A stretch of DNA of 64,000 nucleotides, taken from an uncultured Pseudomonadota bacterium. Lineage in GTDB: Bacteria > CALINM01. The position numbers were made by a program, and so were the translations under genes. Positions within the stretch are counted from its first letter, which is position 1. Every line of letters begins with the position of its first letter. The notes under the pieces are model-generated. The model made no database searches. It was given only the letters and a program-made list of their open reading frames with translations, and was not told the DNA's origin. Location of the stretch: positions 6,395 through 70,394 of the forward strand of contig CAZIMS010000010.1 of assembly GCA_964540515.1 (NCBI GenBank), written 5' to 3'. This document shows, piece after piece, positions 47,619-59,480 of the stretch.

Positions 47619-50600
47619 ATGGAAAAAGATTCCTGTGGCGTTGGTTTTATATCAAACCTAAAAAATATAAAATCCTATGACATATTAGCAAAAGGTATAG
47701 AAGCAGTTAAAAACTTAACCCATAGAGGCGCCATTGGTTCAGACGGTAAGACAGGCGATGGTTGTGGTATCCTCTTTGAAATACCTGAAAGATTTTTCAA
47801 AAATTATCTTATCGAGTCTAATTCTAATCTAGAAAATATGAAAAATATAGCTGTAGGTGTCTTTTTCTCGAAAAATGAGCTGATGTTAGAAAAATTAGAA
47901 CATTTTTTTTCTTCCTTCGGTTTTGAGAGTATTTTCAAAAGGAAGGTGCCTATAGAAATCTCAGCTTTAGGAGAGATCTCTAAGAAAACATTACCCTATA
48001 TTAACCAGATAATTATACCCCATAACTTTCCTAAAGATGCGGCAGAAAAAAAGCTTTTCTTAATAGAAAGACTTATAGAAAAGGCCTTTGATGACATAAA
48101 CGTTGTTTCTTTATCAACCTACTCTATCGTCTATAAGGGTATGTTAATAGCGCCTTATTTAGATATTTTCTACCCTGACCTTAAAAATACAGATTTTGAG
48201 ACATCTTACTGTGTCTTTCATCAGAGATATTCTACAAACACAATCCCAAGATGGGAGCTGGCTCAACCTTTTGGGTCTTTAGCACATAACGGTGAGATAA
48301 ACACTATAAAGGCTAATAGGATCAAGTTCTCTTCCCATGAAGAAAAGATCACTATAAAAGACTTCCCTGAACATTATGAAAAAATTAAACCTTTGCTTAC
48401 AAATCAAGAAAGTGATTCGGCATCTCTTGATAAAGTCTTTAGACTTCTCATATTAAACGGCTACTCTCCAGAGTTAGCAATCAATCTGCTAATCCCCCCT
48501 GCTTGGGAAAATCTGCCTTTTATTGATAAAAAGTTACAATCCTTCTTTCAATATAATGAGTTAATTTGTGAGCCCTGGGATGGTCCCTCAGCCATCGTAT
48601 TTTGCGATGGCAAGACAATCGGTGTCCACTTAGACAGAAATGGTCTTAGACCACTAAGATACTCTCTATCTGATGATGGCATAATCATCGTAGGTTCTGA
48701 GGCAGGGATGGTTAATTTTGACACGAAGATTATAAAAGAGGGTAAGCTAAACTCTGGTGGCTCCCTATCTCTTAAGATAGATAAAGGAGTTGTAAGAGTT
48801 AATACAGAAATACTAAGAGAGTTATCCATAAAGAAGAATTTTGAAAAAACTCTATCAAAAGGCTTCAAAAGTATAGATTTAATAAATGATTTTTTTGATG
48901 ATTTAGATGAAGAAAGTCTAAAAAAACTATCAGTGGCATTTGGCTACACTAAAGAAGAGATTAATGAGATACTTCCTTTCGCTGGCGAAAAAGGTATGGA
49001 GTTTACCTACTCAATGGGAGATGATACTCCATTACCACCATTGGCAAAAAATCCTCCTCTAATATTTCGTTATTTTAAACAAAAGTTCGCCCAAGTTACA
49101 AACCCACCAATAGACCCAATTCGTGAAAAACCAGTTATGTCCCTGACTGTGTATATTGGTGAAAGAGGAGATATGCTAAACTATAATGACCCTATCCACA
49201 AAGATAAGTTAGCCATAAAAACTCCAATATTATCAACAGGGGAGCTTAGGGAGATAAAAAAACATTTCAAAGGTAGAACAAAAGAGATATCTACCTTATA
49301 TGAAGATGATAAAGATATAAAATCTGCCATAAAAGATTTGCAGAAGAAGGTAAAAGAGGCCCTCTTAGAAAACAACATAGTGATAATCCTTACAGATAAA
49401 GGATTAAAAAAGGGATTCTATTACATCCCAGCTTTAATTGCTCTATCAACTGCTGTTAAAGAGTCAAAGAGATTAAAATTAAGCCATAAGGTTAACTATA
49501 TTGTTGAGTCAGGAGAGATAAGAGACTCCCACCACATAAGCTGTATCTTAGCCTATGGTGCAAAGGCACTATACCCTTATCTTGCCTACGAATTGGTCAA
49601 GCAAAAAGGCAAAAAACCAGAATTTTTAAGGTTTGCCTTTAACCATGGTTTACAGAAAATCATGTCAAAAATGGGGATATCTTGCGTAAGCTCTTACATA
49701 GATAGCAAACTCTTTGATATAGTTTGTCTTGATAAACATCTGGTTGAAGAATTTTTTGAAGATACTGACTACTCGTTAAGTGGGTCTAACATTGAAGACA
49801 TATCTGAAAACTATAAATTTTATCTTGAGAGAGCCTTCAAAGAAAATAGCGAGAATACTATAGGTGGAGACTTAAGATTTACAAAAGATGGCGAGTGGCA
49901 TGGATGGTCTCCAATGATAATCTCCTCTCTAAATCGTTACTTTAAATCCAAAGATTGGAATGATTACATTAAATATACCAATGAGGCCACCTCTTTATAC
50001 CCCACATATATTAGAGATTTATTGGATATAAAAGAGGGCAAACCAATAGATATAGAAAATACAGAGCCAGAAGAAAAGATATTTAAGAGATTCTCAATCG
50101 CAGGTATGTCTATTGGTGCTCTATCGCCAGAAGCCCACAGCACCATAATGAGATCTGCAAATATGCTTGGTATTAAATGCAACAGTGGTGAGGGGGGGGA
50201 AGATCAATCTAAGTATTGGACTAATGATGGTTCCAAGATAAGGCAGGTTGCCTCTGGTAGATTTGGTGTTACGCCAGATTTTCTTGCTTCAGCAGAAGAG
50301 ATAGAGATTAAGATAGCACAAGGTGCAAAACCTGGAGAAGGTGGACAGCTACCGGGCAACAAGGTAAGTGCCTATATCGCTAAACTAAGACACTCTCAAG
50401 AAGGTATAACATTAATCTCACCACCACCCCATCACGACATTTACTCAATTGAAGACCTTGCTCAGCTAATAAATGATCTAAAAAATATAAACCCTTACGC
50501 AAAAATAGGTGTAAAGCTTGTATCAGAAAAAGGCATAGGACATATAGCCTGCGGAGTAGCAAAGGCTAAAGCAGATTTTATTCAAATCAGTGCAGTAGAT

Positions 50601-51893
50601 GGTGGAACTGGTGCATCCCCCTATGTCTCAATAAAAAATGCTGGCAGTTATCTTGAGCTTGCCATTGCTGAAGTTCATTTAAGTCTTATTGAGATGGGAT
50701 TGCGTGAAAATGTAGCATTAAGAGTCGATGGCGGGTTAAAATGTGGCAGAGATATAATTATTTGTGCCCTACTTGGAGCAGAAGAGTTTGCCTTTGGGAC
50801 CCTTGCTATGATTGCCTTAGGCTGTATTATGGATAGAAAATGTCATCTAAATAACTGTTCCGTAGGTATAGCTACACAAGAGCCAGAGCTAAGAAAACGT
50901 TTTCGTGGTTCTCAGGAAAACTTCTGTCTTCTCTTTAAATCCATAGCAAGAGAAGTTAGAGAGTGGCTTGCCAAGATGGGATTTAGCAGTATTGAGGATA
51001 TTATAGGTAAAGCATACCTATTAAGCAAAAAGGACTGGGAAGACAATAAAAAGACAAAAAAGATTGAGATAGAAAATATTTTAGAAAAATATAACAAAAA
51101 TACTCACAAGTTTTGCAAAACTACAATAAACATCCCATCAGGTAATGACTTAAATATAAAAATATGTGAAGATTTAGAACAAAAAATAGAGAAACACCAA
51201 GAAATAATAAGATTTTACTCTATAAAAAACACCGACAGAAGTATACCTGTACGCTTAAGCTACCTTTTATCAAAGTACTACAAAGGCAATCCTATCCCTG
51301 AAGATCTCATTAAGATTAGGTTTGAAGGTACAGCAGGACAGAGCTTTGGTGCCTTTTGCCAGAGAGGGTTGTACCTTGAGCTTATTGGTATAGCCAACGA
51401 CTATGTTGGTAAGGGCATGGCAGGTGGTAAAATTATTATCAGGTCAAAAGATCTTTCCGAGACCAGCAAAAACTATTTAGCAGGCAATGCAATCCTCTAT
51501 GGAGCAACAGGAGGACACCTCTTCATTGCTGGAAGAGTAGGAGAAAGATTTGCTGTGAGAAATAGTGGTGCCAATGCAGTGATAGAGGGAGCTGGTCATC
51601 ACCTTTGTGAATATATGACAGGAGGCATTGTTTGTCTTCTTGGTAACACAGGACTTAATGTGGGAGCTGGGATGACAGGTGGTATAATCTACATCCTTGA
51701 TGAGCTAAACAATATAGAAAGTAGAATAAACAAAGACTACGTAAAAGTAGAAAAAATACCTGAAGAAAAACTTGCTATTCTCTTTGATTTAATAACCCAA
51801 CATTACTTCTACACTGAAAGCCCCAAAGCCTATTACATAATTAAAAATTGGGATTCCTACAAGGAAAAATTTAAGGTCATAATGCCTATGTAG
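47619..51893 (+). CDS. gltB: glutamate synthase large subunit
   Basis: DSCGVGF, HQRYSTNT, HNGEINT, WDGP, QVTNPPIDPIRE, QVASGRFGV, AQGAKPGEGGQLPG, GCIMDRKCHLNNC, GXGXG domain. Confidence 0.97.
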   Translation: MEKDSCGVGFISNLKNIKSYDILAKGIEAVKNLTHRGAIGSDGKTGDGCGILFEIPERFFKNYLIESNSNLENMKNIAVGVFFSKNELMLEKLEHFFSSFGFESIFKRKVPIEISALGEISKKTLPYINQIIIPHNFPKDAAEKKLFLIERLIEKAFDDINVVSLSTYSIVYKGMLIAPYLDIFYPDLKNTDFETSYCVFHQRYSTNTIPRWELAQPFGSLAHNGEINTIKANRIKFSSHEEKITIKDFPEHYEKIKPLLTNQESDSASLDKVFRLLILNGYSPELAINLLIPPAWENLPFIDKKLQSFFQYNELICEPWDGPSAIVFCDGKTIGVHLDRNGLRPLRYSLSDDGIIIVGSEAGMVNFDTKIIKEGKLNSGGSLSLKIDKGVVRVNTEILRELSIKKNFEKTLSKGFKSIDLINDFFDDLDEESLKKLSVAFGYTKEEINEILPFAGEKGMEFTYSMGDDTPLPPLAKNPPLIFRYFKQKFAQVTNPPIDPIREKPVMSLTVYIGERGDMLNYNDPIHKDKLAIKTPILSTGELREIKKHFKGRTKEISTLYEDDKDIKSAIKDLQKKVKEALLENNIVIILTDKGLKKGFYYIPALIALSTAVKESKRLKLSHKVNYIVESGEIRDSHHISCILAYGAKALYPYLAYELVKQKGKKPEFLRFAFNHGLQKIMSKMGISCVSSYIDSKLFDIVCLDKHLVEEFFEDTDYSLSGSNIEDISENYKFYLERAFKENSENTIGGDLRFTKDGEWHGWSPMIISSLNRYFKSKDWNDYIKYTNEATSLYPTYIRDLLDIKEGKPIDIENTEPEEKIFKRFSIAGMSIGALSPEAHSTIMRSANMLGIKCNSGEGGEDQSKYWTNDGSKIRQVASGRFGVTPDFLASAEEIEIKIAQGAKPGEGGQLPGNKVSAYIAKLRHSQEGITLISPPPHHDIYSIEDLAQLINDLKNINPYAKIGVKLVSEKGIGHIACGVAKAKADFIQISAVDGGTGASPYVSIKNAGSYLELAIAEVHLSLIEMGLRENVALRVDGGLKCGRDIIICALLGAEEFAFGTLAMIALGCIMDRKCHLNNCSVGIATQEPELRKRFRGSQENFCLLFKSIAREVREWLAKMGFSSIEDIIGKAYLLSKKDWEDNKKTKKIEIENILEKYNKNTHKFCKTTINIPSGNDLNIKICEDLEQKIEKHQEIIRFYSIKNTDRSIPVRLSYLLSKYYKGNPIPEDLIKIRFEGTAGQSFGAFCQRGLYLELIGIANDYVGKGMAGGKIIIRSKDLSETSKNYLAGNAILYGATGGHLFIAGRVGERFAVRNSGANAVIEGAGHHLCEYMTGGIVCLLGNTGLNVGAGMTGGIIYILDELNNIESRINKDYVKVEKIPEEKLAILFDLITQHYFYTESPKAYYIIKNWDSYKEKFKVIMPM

Positions 51894-52287
51894 AAATAAA
51901 AAAATAGCCAGAACCAATGTTGAATTATAAAAAAAGAAAAATTCTTGAAAAAACAACCTTGATTTGGGTTGACTTAGGCTGGGAAAACAAAAGAATAAAG
52001 TAGGTGAGCTTATTTTTTTGATTATCTATATTAAACAAAATATCATAAATTATCTTTGTTGTTTTTAAAACTAACTGATTTTTTCAAACTTATTTTTATC
52101 CCTCTTTAAACATATTCAGAAGTTTAAAAAAGTTTACTTAATGTTACAGATATATAGGGGGAAGAAGACTAAGTTTTTTTTACAAGCAATATAACACAAC
52201 ATCTTTCCTAATATCAAAAAAGATATTGATTTTATAGTAATTTTGATATAGATTAAAATAAGTCAAATTTTGTCTTACTCATATTAT

Positions 52288-52302
52288 TGGTATGCTTATT
52301 GC
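52288..52302 (+). promoter_or_regulatory. sigma54 -24/-12 promoter of the DUF11 operon
   Basis: TGGTATGCTTATTGC with exact GG-N10-GC spacing, 17 bp before ATG 52320. Confidence 0.75.
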
Positions 52303-52319
52303 GGAACATATAAAAAAGA

Positions 52320-55300
52320 ATGATAGCTGTTAAGATTAAAAAAACGATACTATTTTTTATATTAATTTTAAACATTTCTACTACGTCATATGCCTTAACA
52401 ATAACGCCAAATACCTGGAATATTATAGGTCTTGATAGCAATTCCCCAGCAACAGGTCCAAACCAATTTCCAGTCGGAGCAAAAATTTGTGGAGGTACTC
52501 CCAATACCAATCAAGTAGTTACCTTTAACTGGGATACAGGTGGCACAGACAACGGTACATACATCTATCTGAGACCAGGTTCTCAAAACCCAATTACAAT
52601 CACATATGGCCCAGATGGATGTGCAGATGCCTTTTTTGAAGTAGAGGTTGCAAAAACATCTTTGGCCTTTGACAAAACAAGAAGGTATTACATCTCAGCA
52701 GGAAGTTATATTTCTCCAAGACCAAGAGAGCTTTATGTAGAACGTCTTGTTTCTCAAGGTAGAAACTATATTACCGATATTAGATTAAATGGGGTCTCTA
52801 TACCTGCAGGTGGCACTATGAACCTAATGGAAGGCAAAACCTATACAATCCAATTATATGGGGGTACTGCTACTCAAGGATATAATCAGTTTCAGATGTT
52901 TATTAACTTTTCTAATACTATATTTCAAATACTTTCTGTCTCAATTAACTATTCAGCGAATAACTCCCCCTATGTTTCTACTACTGGACATAAATATCTC
53001 TATGCCAATGCTTGTAAATGGGAAAATGACCCCAATAGTCCTAATTATCTTTCCTGCTTAGAAGACTGGAAATCTGGGGGAAGTAATGTAGTTACTACCT
53101 ATGTAGTTAAAATATTGAGCGGAGCAGGAAGCGCTGAGACACTAAGAACTCTACTTCAAGACTTTTCAGGTAGTAGTTTCCACTACAACTCCGATTACTC
53201 TACAAGCGCAAGAATTGCAAATATTCTTGGACCTGCATCTATAACAATTAATAAAAGCTTTACTCCTAAAACAATCATGCCTTATGATACATCAACTCTT
53301 ACTTTTACAATTAACAACCCAACCCCGGAAACTGTTTCAGGTGTTAATTTTTCAGATAGCTTTCCATCAGGCCTAACTGTTGCAGCCCCCCTAATGTAAC
53401 TTATAACGGATGTGGTGCTGGTAGCTTTTCACCTTCACTCAACGGTGGAGAAACATCCCTATACTTTTCTAATGGAACAATTAATGCAAATAGTTCTTGT
53501 GTAATAACATTAAATGTTACATCTTCTTCTGAGGGAACTTATAATAACACCACTAACAACCTATATATTGATAATACTGTAAACACTGGAAATACCGGCA
53601 ATGACTCACTAATAGTAAGTACAATCCCCCCTCCTCCTTCTTCATGTGGTACACGACAGACAATGGCTACATGGACAATGCCTACAACCGGGCAAGGAAG
53701 CGGAGGTCCACCACCACCTTATACAACAAAGGCTCCTGATGTTGCAACCGCTACTGCCTCAAGCACTGGAGGAACTTCTATAATAAGTACAACACAAGGT
53801 AATCCTGTGAACTCATGGGGTCTTAATAACTGGCCATCATCAGGAACCTTAACACCACCAGCAAATCCTACTACTTACTACGAGTTTACTGTAGATTCAA
53901 GTAATTATGGTGGTGTTCAGATATCATTTAGTTATTTTCTGCCAGGTGGTGACTGGGCAAATCCCGGAGATAACTATGTGTATGTTTATTCAAAAGCAGA
54001 TAATGGGCCTTATAATTCAGGTAGTGGATTTTCTGCTACAAAAGGAAGTTGGACAACCCAAACTTATACCGCTACTACCACAGGTACAAGCACCACTACC
54101 TTTAGAATAAGCTTTGCAGGCTCAAGGAATGCCACAGTCTATGCTTACTTAGACAATATAACCATCTCAGGTTGCCAACGACCAAATCCACCAAACATTT
54201 CCAAGTTATTCTCACCAAATATCATTCAATTAAATGGCACTTCAACTCTTACCTTTACCATTACAAATCCTAATCCTGCTGCCTCACTTAGTGGGATCTC
54301 TTTTACAGACATCTTGCCATCGGGGCTCCACATTGGTAACTCAACCACAACCGTATGTAATGGTGGAACTTTAACTACAAACTCCTCTACAAAGACAATA
54401 TCATTAAGTAACGCATCTTTAGCAGGAGGATCAAGTTGTAATTTTAGTGTTACTGTTACCGGAACTACCGCAGGTCAACATACAAATATAAGTACAAATG
54501 TTACGGCAACCCAAAGCGGTCCTAATAATGGAGGCCCAAACATTGGTTATGCCTATGCTGTTTTGACAGTCTTAGCACCACCTGATTTTTCGAAGGCTTT
54601 TTCTCCAACATCAATATACACTGGTAATACCTCAACCCTTACTTTTACTATAAATAACCCAAATCTATATAACTCCTTTACGAATATTGCCTTTACTGAT
54701 ACCTTACCAGCTGGACTTTCAGTTGGAAACGGAACCTATTCTGTTTGCGGTGGCACAAATAACCTTACCACTAATGCTGCCACAAGGCAAATTACCTTAA
54801 CAGGGGGAACTCTTGCCGCTAACAGCGGATGTAATTTTAGTGTTATAATTATAGGTTCAACAGCTGGTAGTTACACTAATACCTCTGGCAATATTACTGC
54901 CACATCAGGATCAGTTAATCTTACAGGAGGAAATGCTGTAGCAAGTATTACGGTTATTAACAGGGTTTCATCTCTTGACTTAAAAAAACAAGTATCGTCA
55001 AACCCAACAGGACCATGGACAAGTTATACACCAGTCGCTCCAGGGGGTAATGTTTATTACAGATTTAAAGTTTATAACAGTGGAGATACAGAATTATATG
55101 ACATTTGGATTACTGAAGTTTCAGGCTCTATAAATCCAACCTGTTCATTTCCAAACCCTTTACTGCCCGGCGATGATGCATATTGTTATTCCTCTGCTGT
55201 AACAGCCATTACTGGTATCCATACAAATACTGCCTATGCAAGTGGTAGATATCCAAGCGGTGGTACAATCTATAACTCTGCAAACTCTTCAGCTACCTAT

Positions 55301-56719
55301 GCAACTACAGGACTTACTCTTACAAAAAATGCCGATGAAACTAATTATAAAGTAATTGGTGAGACTATCCATTACAACTACACAGTTACTAACTCGGGTT
55401 ATGCAGTTCTTTCTGGTTATGTGTCTGTAACTGACAATAAAACATCTGTATCCTGTCCAGCAATAAATACTATTGGAGATTTAGATAACTATTTTGACCC
55501 CGGTGAATCTATTATCTGCGGTGCTACCTACAACATAACAAATGCTGATATCCTTGCAAAATCTTTAACAAATACAGCTCAAGCAAGTATAGGCGTAACT
55601 ACATCTAATAATGCGTCAAAGACCATAACCTTGGCTCCTGCGGACCTAACAGCAATAAAGAAAAATAATACAAACAATCAAGTAGTTGCAGGACATGCCT
55701 TTGACTGGACAATAATTGTTGCTAATGATACAAACGAAGGTTCTGCTCCTTTTTTAAACTCAGAAATTATCCTTTTAGACAATCTTCCCAATACAAATGT
55801 AAGCTATACCTTAGGCACTGTGAAAAAATCTGGAATTATTGGTAACATTAACTGTTCTCTTTCAACTGATACAATCACTTGCAGTGCCGATGGAAATGTG
55901 ATTATACCATCAAGATTACAAGGCACCATTGCTGTAACAAACAACAGCCCAAATATTGTAGGTACAGGGACAGCTTTTACCGCTGATTTATCAGTAGGCA
56001 GTATAATATTAATAAACAATGTTCCCTATACAGTCTTATCTATTGCAAATGACACCAATCTCACTCTATCATCAAACTATACCGGAGTTACGGCAAGTGG
56101 CATTATAATACCTGCCTCCTTTATTATTAACGTAACCACATCTGTTACACTACAGGCAATAGGTTCCCTAACCAATCCTAAAAGTGGAGGTGTCTGTAAG
56201 GTAGATCCAGATAGCCTTCTTTTGGAAACTAACGAAAGTAATAACGATTGTTATGATGCTGTTTCTGTAATAGTTATGCCAAGTATAACAGTTCTAAAAT
56301 CGGTTCAACCTTTTTCTGACCCTATAAATGGCATTACCAATCCCAAAACAATACCTGGTGGTGAGGTAATATATACCATATTAGTAATTAACTCTGGAGC
56401 TGGCTCTGTGGATAACGACAGCATAAATATGGAAGATCCAATACCAACAAATACTATTATGTGTGTATCAAACACTTGTTACAACCCACCTATCAGCTTT
56501 AGTTGTAGCACTACCCCTCCCTGCGGCCTTATCTTTAATCTTAGTAGCGACGTCACTTATTATGATGCAGGCAATAATGTTTACATACCTACACCTGACG
56601 CTGAAGGTTATGATCCTCTTGTAAGAAAGATAAAAATTAATCCAAAAGGAGTGTTAAATGGTTCTACTGGTCCCCCTCATCCTAATTTTAGCATAACCTT
56701 TAAGGTTAAGATACAATGA
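52320..56719 (+). pseudogene. large exported DUF11-repeat adhesin split by a 1-nt frameshift (1466 aa if restored)
   Basis: Track ORFs 52320-53399 and 53663-56719 join if the C6 run at 53386-53391 is C7 (VAAP-PNVTYNGCGAG...). The intervening frame is open. Repeated K-F.P..TSTLTFTI.NP...F.D.LP.GL Ig-like units. Confidence 0.8.
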
Positions 56720-57705
56720 GAAAGTCATTTTTTATTGTAATTTTTTTATTTTTAGTCTTTACAAACTCGGCTTACAGCGCCGGTACACCTGCTGGTACTG
56801 TTATTAATAATAGTGTAAAACTCGTTTTTAATTATGGAGATCAAAAGGGATTAGAGGCTATAGCTCAAACATCTATCACCGTTGACAATAAGGTTAATGT
56901 TATAGTTACAAATCTTGGCAATACTAATGTTATCCCCGGTGAGAAGGAAAAGCCTCTCATTTTTACATTAACTAATGCAGGAAATTCTTCACAAAGATAT
57001 AGATTAGAAGTTGGTCCTGTCTATGCACCAAACAATGTAGAGTTAACAAACATAAAAATTTTTTGGGACAAAGATAACAGTAGCACAGTAACCCCAGAAG
57101 ATACCCTTTATGTAGATCCAGAAAGCTTTGGCAACATATTACCTGACCAAACCATAAAAATTTTGGTTATCGCAGACATACCTGATAATTTAGAAAATGG
57201 CCAATTCTCTCAATACTATCTTATGGCTACAACTGTTGATGCAGATACTAAAAATGATACCCTTCCATCACAGGGTTCAAACACAAGCGGAGTTGATATA
57301 GTATTTGCAGATACAGATGGTGTGGTTGATATTAATAAAGACGGTAAACACTCTGCCTTAGGTCTTTTTCTTGTTAAAACAGCTATTGTTAAGATAGAAA
57401 AATCGATGGAGGTAATATCAGACCCCTATGGAGAAAATAAACCATATAAAAACTCAATAATTCGTTACTCATTAATTGTTACTGTAGAGGGAGAGGCAAA
57501 AGCAGAAAAGGTGGTAATTATAGACAACATACCAGAAGGCACATGGTATGTAGCCAACTCAATAAAGTTAAATGGTAACCCTCTAACGGACAGCAATGAC
57601 GGAGACAATGGCTATATATCAGATAATACTATTTATGTAAAACTTGGAGATTTGACCCAAAAGACACCCAAACAGATAATAACCTTTGATGTGAAAATAA
57701 AATGA
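56716..57705 (+). CDS. exported DUF11 protein, putative minor subunit
   Basis: Signal peptide; AGTPAGTVINN, TVDNKVNV, FTLTNAGN, DNIPEGTWYV; ATGA overlap with the adhesin. Confidence 0.75.
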   Translation: MRKSFFIVIFLFLVFTNSAYSAGTPAGTVINNSVKLVFNYGDQKGLEAIAQTSITVDNKVNVIVTNLGNTNVIPGEKEKPLIFTLTNAGNSSQRYRLEVGPVYAPNNVELTNIKIFWDKDNSSTVTPEDTLYVDPESFGNILPDQTIKILVIADIPDNLENGQFSQYYLMATTVDADTKNDTLPSQGSNTSGVDIVFADTDGVVDINKDGKHSALGLFLVKTAIVKIEKSMEVISDPYGENKPYKNSIIRYSLIVTVEGEAKAEKVVIIDNIPEGTWYVANSIKLNGNPLTDSNDGDNGYISDNTIYVKLGDLTQKTPKQIITFDVKIK

Positions 57706-57779
57706 GCTTTAGAGCTAAGAAATTTTAGATAAGAGTATTTTTAAAAAAAACACAGCTTATAAAAAAAGGAGGTGATTTC

Positions 57780-58265
57780 ATGTTAAAAAAGTTTTTTTTA
57801 TTCTTTCTTCTTGTCTTTGCTCTTGTAGCAAATGCCTATGCCAGTAGTGTGGAGATTACGTCTAAATCTGAGGTAGAGATTACTGTAAAGAAGCCCGATG
57901 AAACGATTGAGAAAAAAAGAGTTCCTGCAAACCAAGTAAATGTAGGTCCTGGAGATGTTGTGTTTTTTTCTAATACCTGTCTCAATAGGGGAGATAAACC
58001 AGCAGAGAATGTGATAATTACAAACCCAATACCTAATCACACTGTCTATGTAGCTGGTTCTGCCTATGGTGAGAATAGCAAGATAGAGTTTTCTATAGAT
58101 GGAGGAAAAACCTATGGCATTCCAGAAGCACTAAAGGTTAAAGACAAAGATGGCAAAACAAGACTTGCAAGACCAGAAGAGTACACCCACATAAGATGGT
58201 TGTTATTAAAACCATTGGAACCAGGTAGCCAAATTGTTGTTACTTTCCAAGCAAAAATAAAATAA
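57780..58265 (+). CDS. small exported DUF11 protein, putative chaperone-like component
   Basis: Signal peptide; PGDVV, ENVIITNPIP.HTVYV, FSIDGGKTYG, YTHIRW; strong SD AGGAGG. Confidence 0.75.
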   Translation: MLKKFFLFFLLVFALVANAYASSVEITSKSEVEITVKKPDETIEKKRVPANQVNVGPGDVVFFSNTCLNRGDKPAENVIITNPIPNHTVYVAGSAYGENSKIEFSIDGGKTYGIPEALKVKDKDGKTRLARPEEYTHIRWLLLKPLEPGSQIVVTFQAKIK

Positions 58266-58277
58266 AAGGAGAAAAAA

Positions 58278-59426
58278 ATGAAAACTCGCGGAAGTACATT
58301 ATTTTGTGTAAGTATTTTATTTCTTCTGACAATCTATGTCAAAGAAGCACTGTCAGCAACACCTGCCTGTACAGTAATATCTAACCAAGCAACTGTAAGT
58401 TATTCTGTAGGTGGTGTTGCACAGCCAAATGTTAGCAGTGCAGCTAATCAGGCTGATTTTACGGTTGGTGCCAAGATTAATGTTACTGTCACAAATAATG
58501 ACGGTGCAAATGTAACAGTAACACCTGGCGGAAAGGCAGCATTAAAATTTACAGTCACTAATGATGGTAATGTTACTAATGATGTAGATTTAAGTTATGT
58601 TGCTGCTTCTTCGGGTACTGCTAGCCCCTATGGTGGTGGAAACGATTCTTTTGATGGAACAACTATAGGAATCTATGAAGATACTAATAGTAACGGAACT
58701 TATGACGATGGGGTTGATCAAGCTGCAAATACTATAAATGACTTAGCTCCTGGTAATTCAAAGGTATTCTTCATAGTATATAATGCCAATGATTTAGCTC
58801 AACCAGCTGGAAGCATAGCCGTTTATTATCTTGTAGCTCAAGCTAAATGGGCTAATAATACTTCCATTTCAGAAGGCGACCCAATTAGTGTCACTTCAGC
58901 TATGACTGGCATTTTGGCTTGTGGTGGTGGAACAAACATAGCGGTAGTTTTTGCTGATGCTAATGGTCCTGCCCCTGATACCTATGATGATACAAGAGAT
59001 GGCAAAAATTCTGATGACGGTGCCTATATAGTTCAAAATGCCACTATTTCTGTAACTAAAACATCTGCAATTTATTCAGACCCTGTAAATGGCACTACTT
59101 CTCCTAAGGCTATACCTGGTGCAGTAATAACATACACAATTACTATCAGTAATACAGGTAATGCTGACGCTACAATAACACTATCCGATAGTTTGGCAAC
59201 TCAGATAGGCAACGGATATATAGCATTTAAGACTCAATTTGTCGATGGTTCTCACAGTTGTAGTTCAGGAGAAGGTATAGTCGTTGATGGCGTATGTAAA
59301 ACAAATGCAAACGATGGAGATAATGCCGACTGGAATGCTACGGCTGCAAACACTGTCACAGTGACAAATTTATCGGTACCACAGAGTCAATCAAAAGTAG
59401 TTAAGTTTCAAGTAATAATACAGTAA
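58278..59426 (+). CDS. exported DUF11 protein, putative major subunit
   Basis: Signal peptide; ATPACTVISNQATVSYSVGG, FTVGAKINV, FTVTNDGN, KAIPGAVITYTITISN; paralogue of 56716-57705; followed by a hairpin. Confidence 0.75.
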   Translation: MKTRGSTLFCVSILFLLTIYVKEALSATPACTVISNQATVSYSVGGVAQPNVSSAANQADFTVGAKINVTVTNNDGANVTVTPGGKAALKFTVTNDGNVTNDVDLSYVAASSGTASPYGGGNDSFDGTTIGIYEDTNSNGTYDDGVDQAANTINDLAPGNSKVFFIVYNANDLAQPAGSIAVYYLVAQAKWANNTSISEGDPISVTSAMTGILACGGGTNIAVVFADANGPAPDTYDDTRDGKNSDDGAYIVQNATISVTKTSAIYSDPVNGTTSPKAIPGAVITYTITISNTGNADATITLSDSLATQIGNGYIAFKTQFVDGSHSCSSGEGIVVDGVCKTNANDGDNADWNATAANTVTVTNLSVPQSQSKVVKFQVIIQ

Positions 59427-59436
59427 AAACTGAACT

Positions 59437-59480
59437 TTTAGAGGCTGTGGATTTTAAACTCACAGCCTCTAAATTAATTT
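59437..59480 (+). terminator. intercistronic 13-bp stem-loop after the putative major subunit
   Basis: TTTAGAGGCTGTG (59437-59449) / CACAGCCTCTAAA (59461-59473), then TTAATTT. Confidence 0.7.

Noticed and set aside
51894-52287. c-di-GMP riboswitch or sRNA upstream of the adhesin operon
   Set aside because: No GEMM motif (GGCAAA...GAAA...GACGCAAAG) or stable stems visible; it looks like AT-rich promoter DNA.
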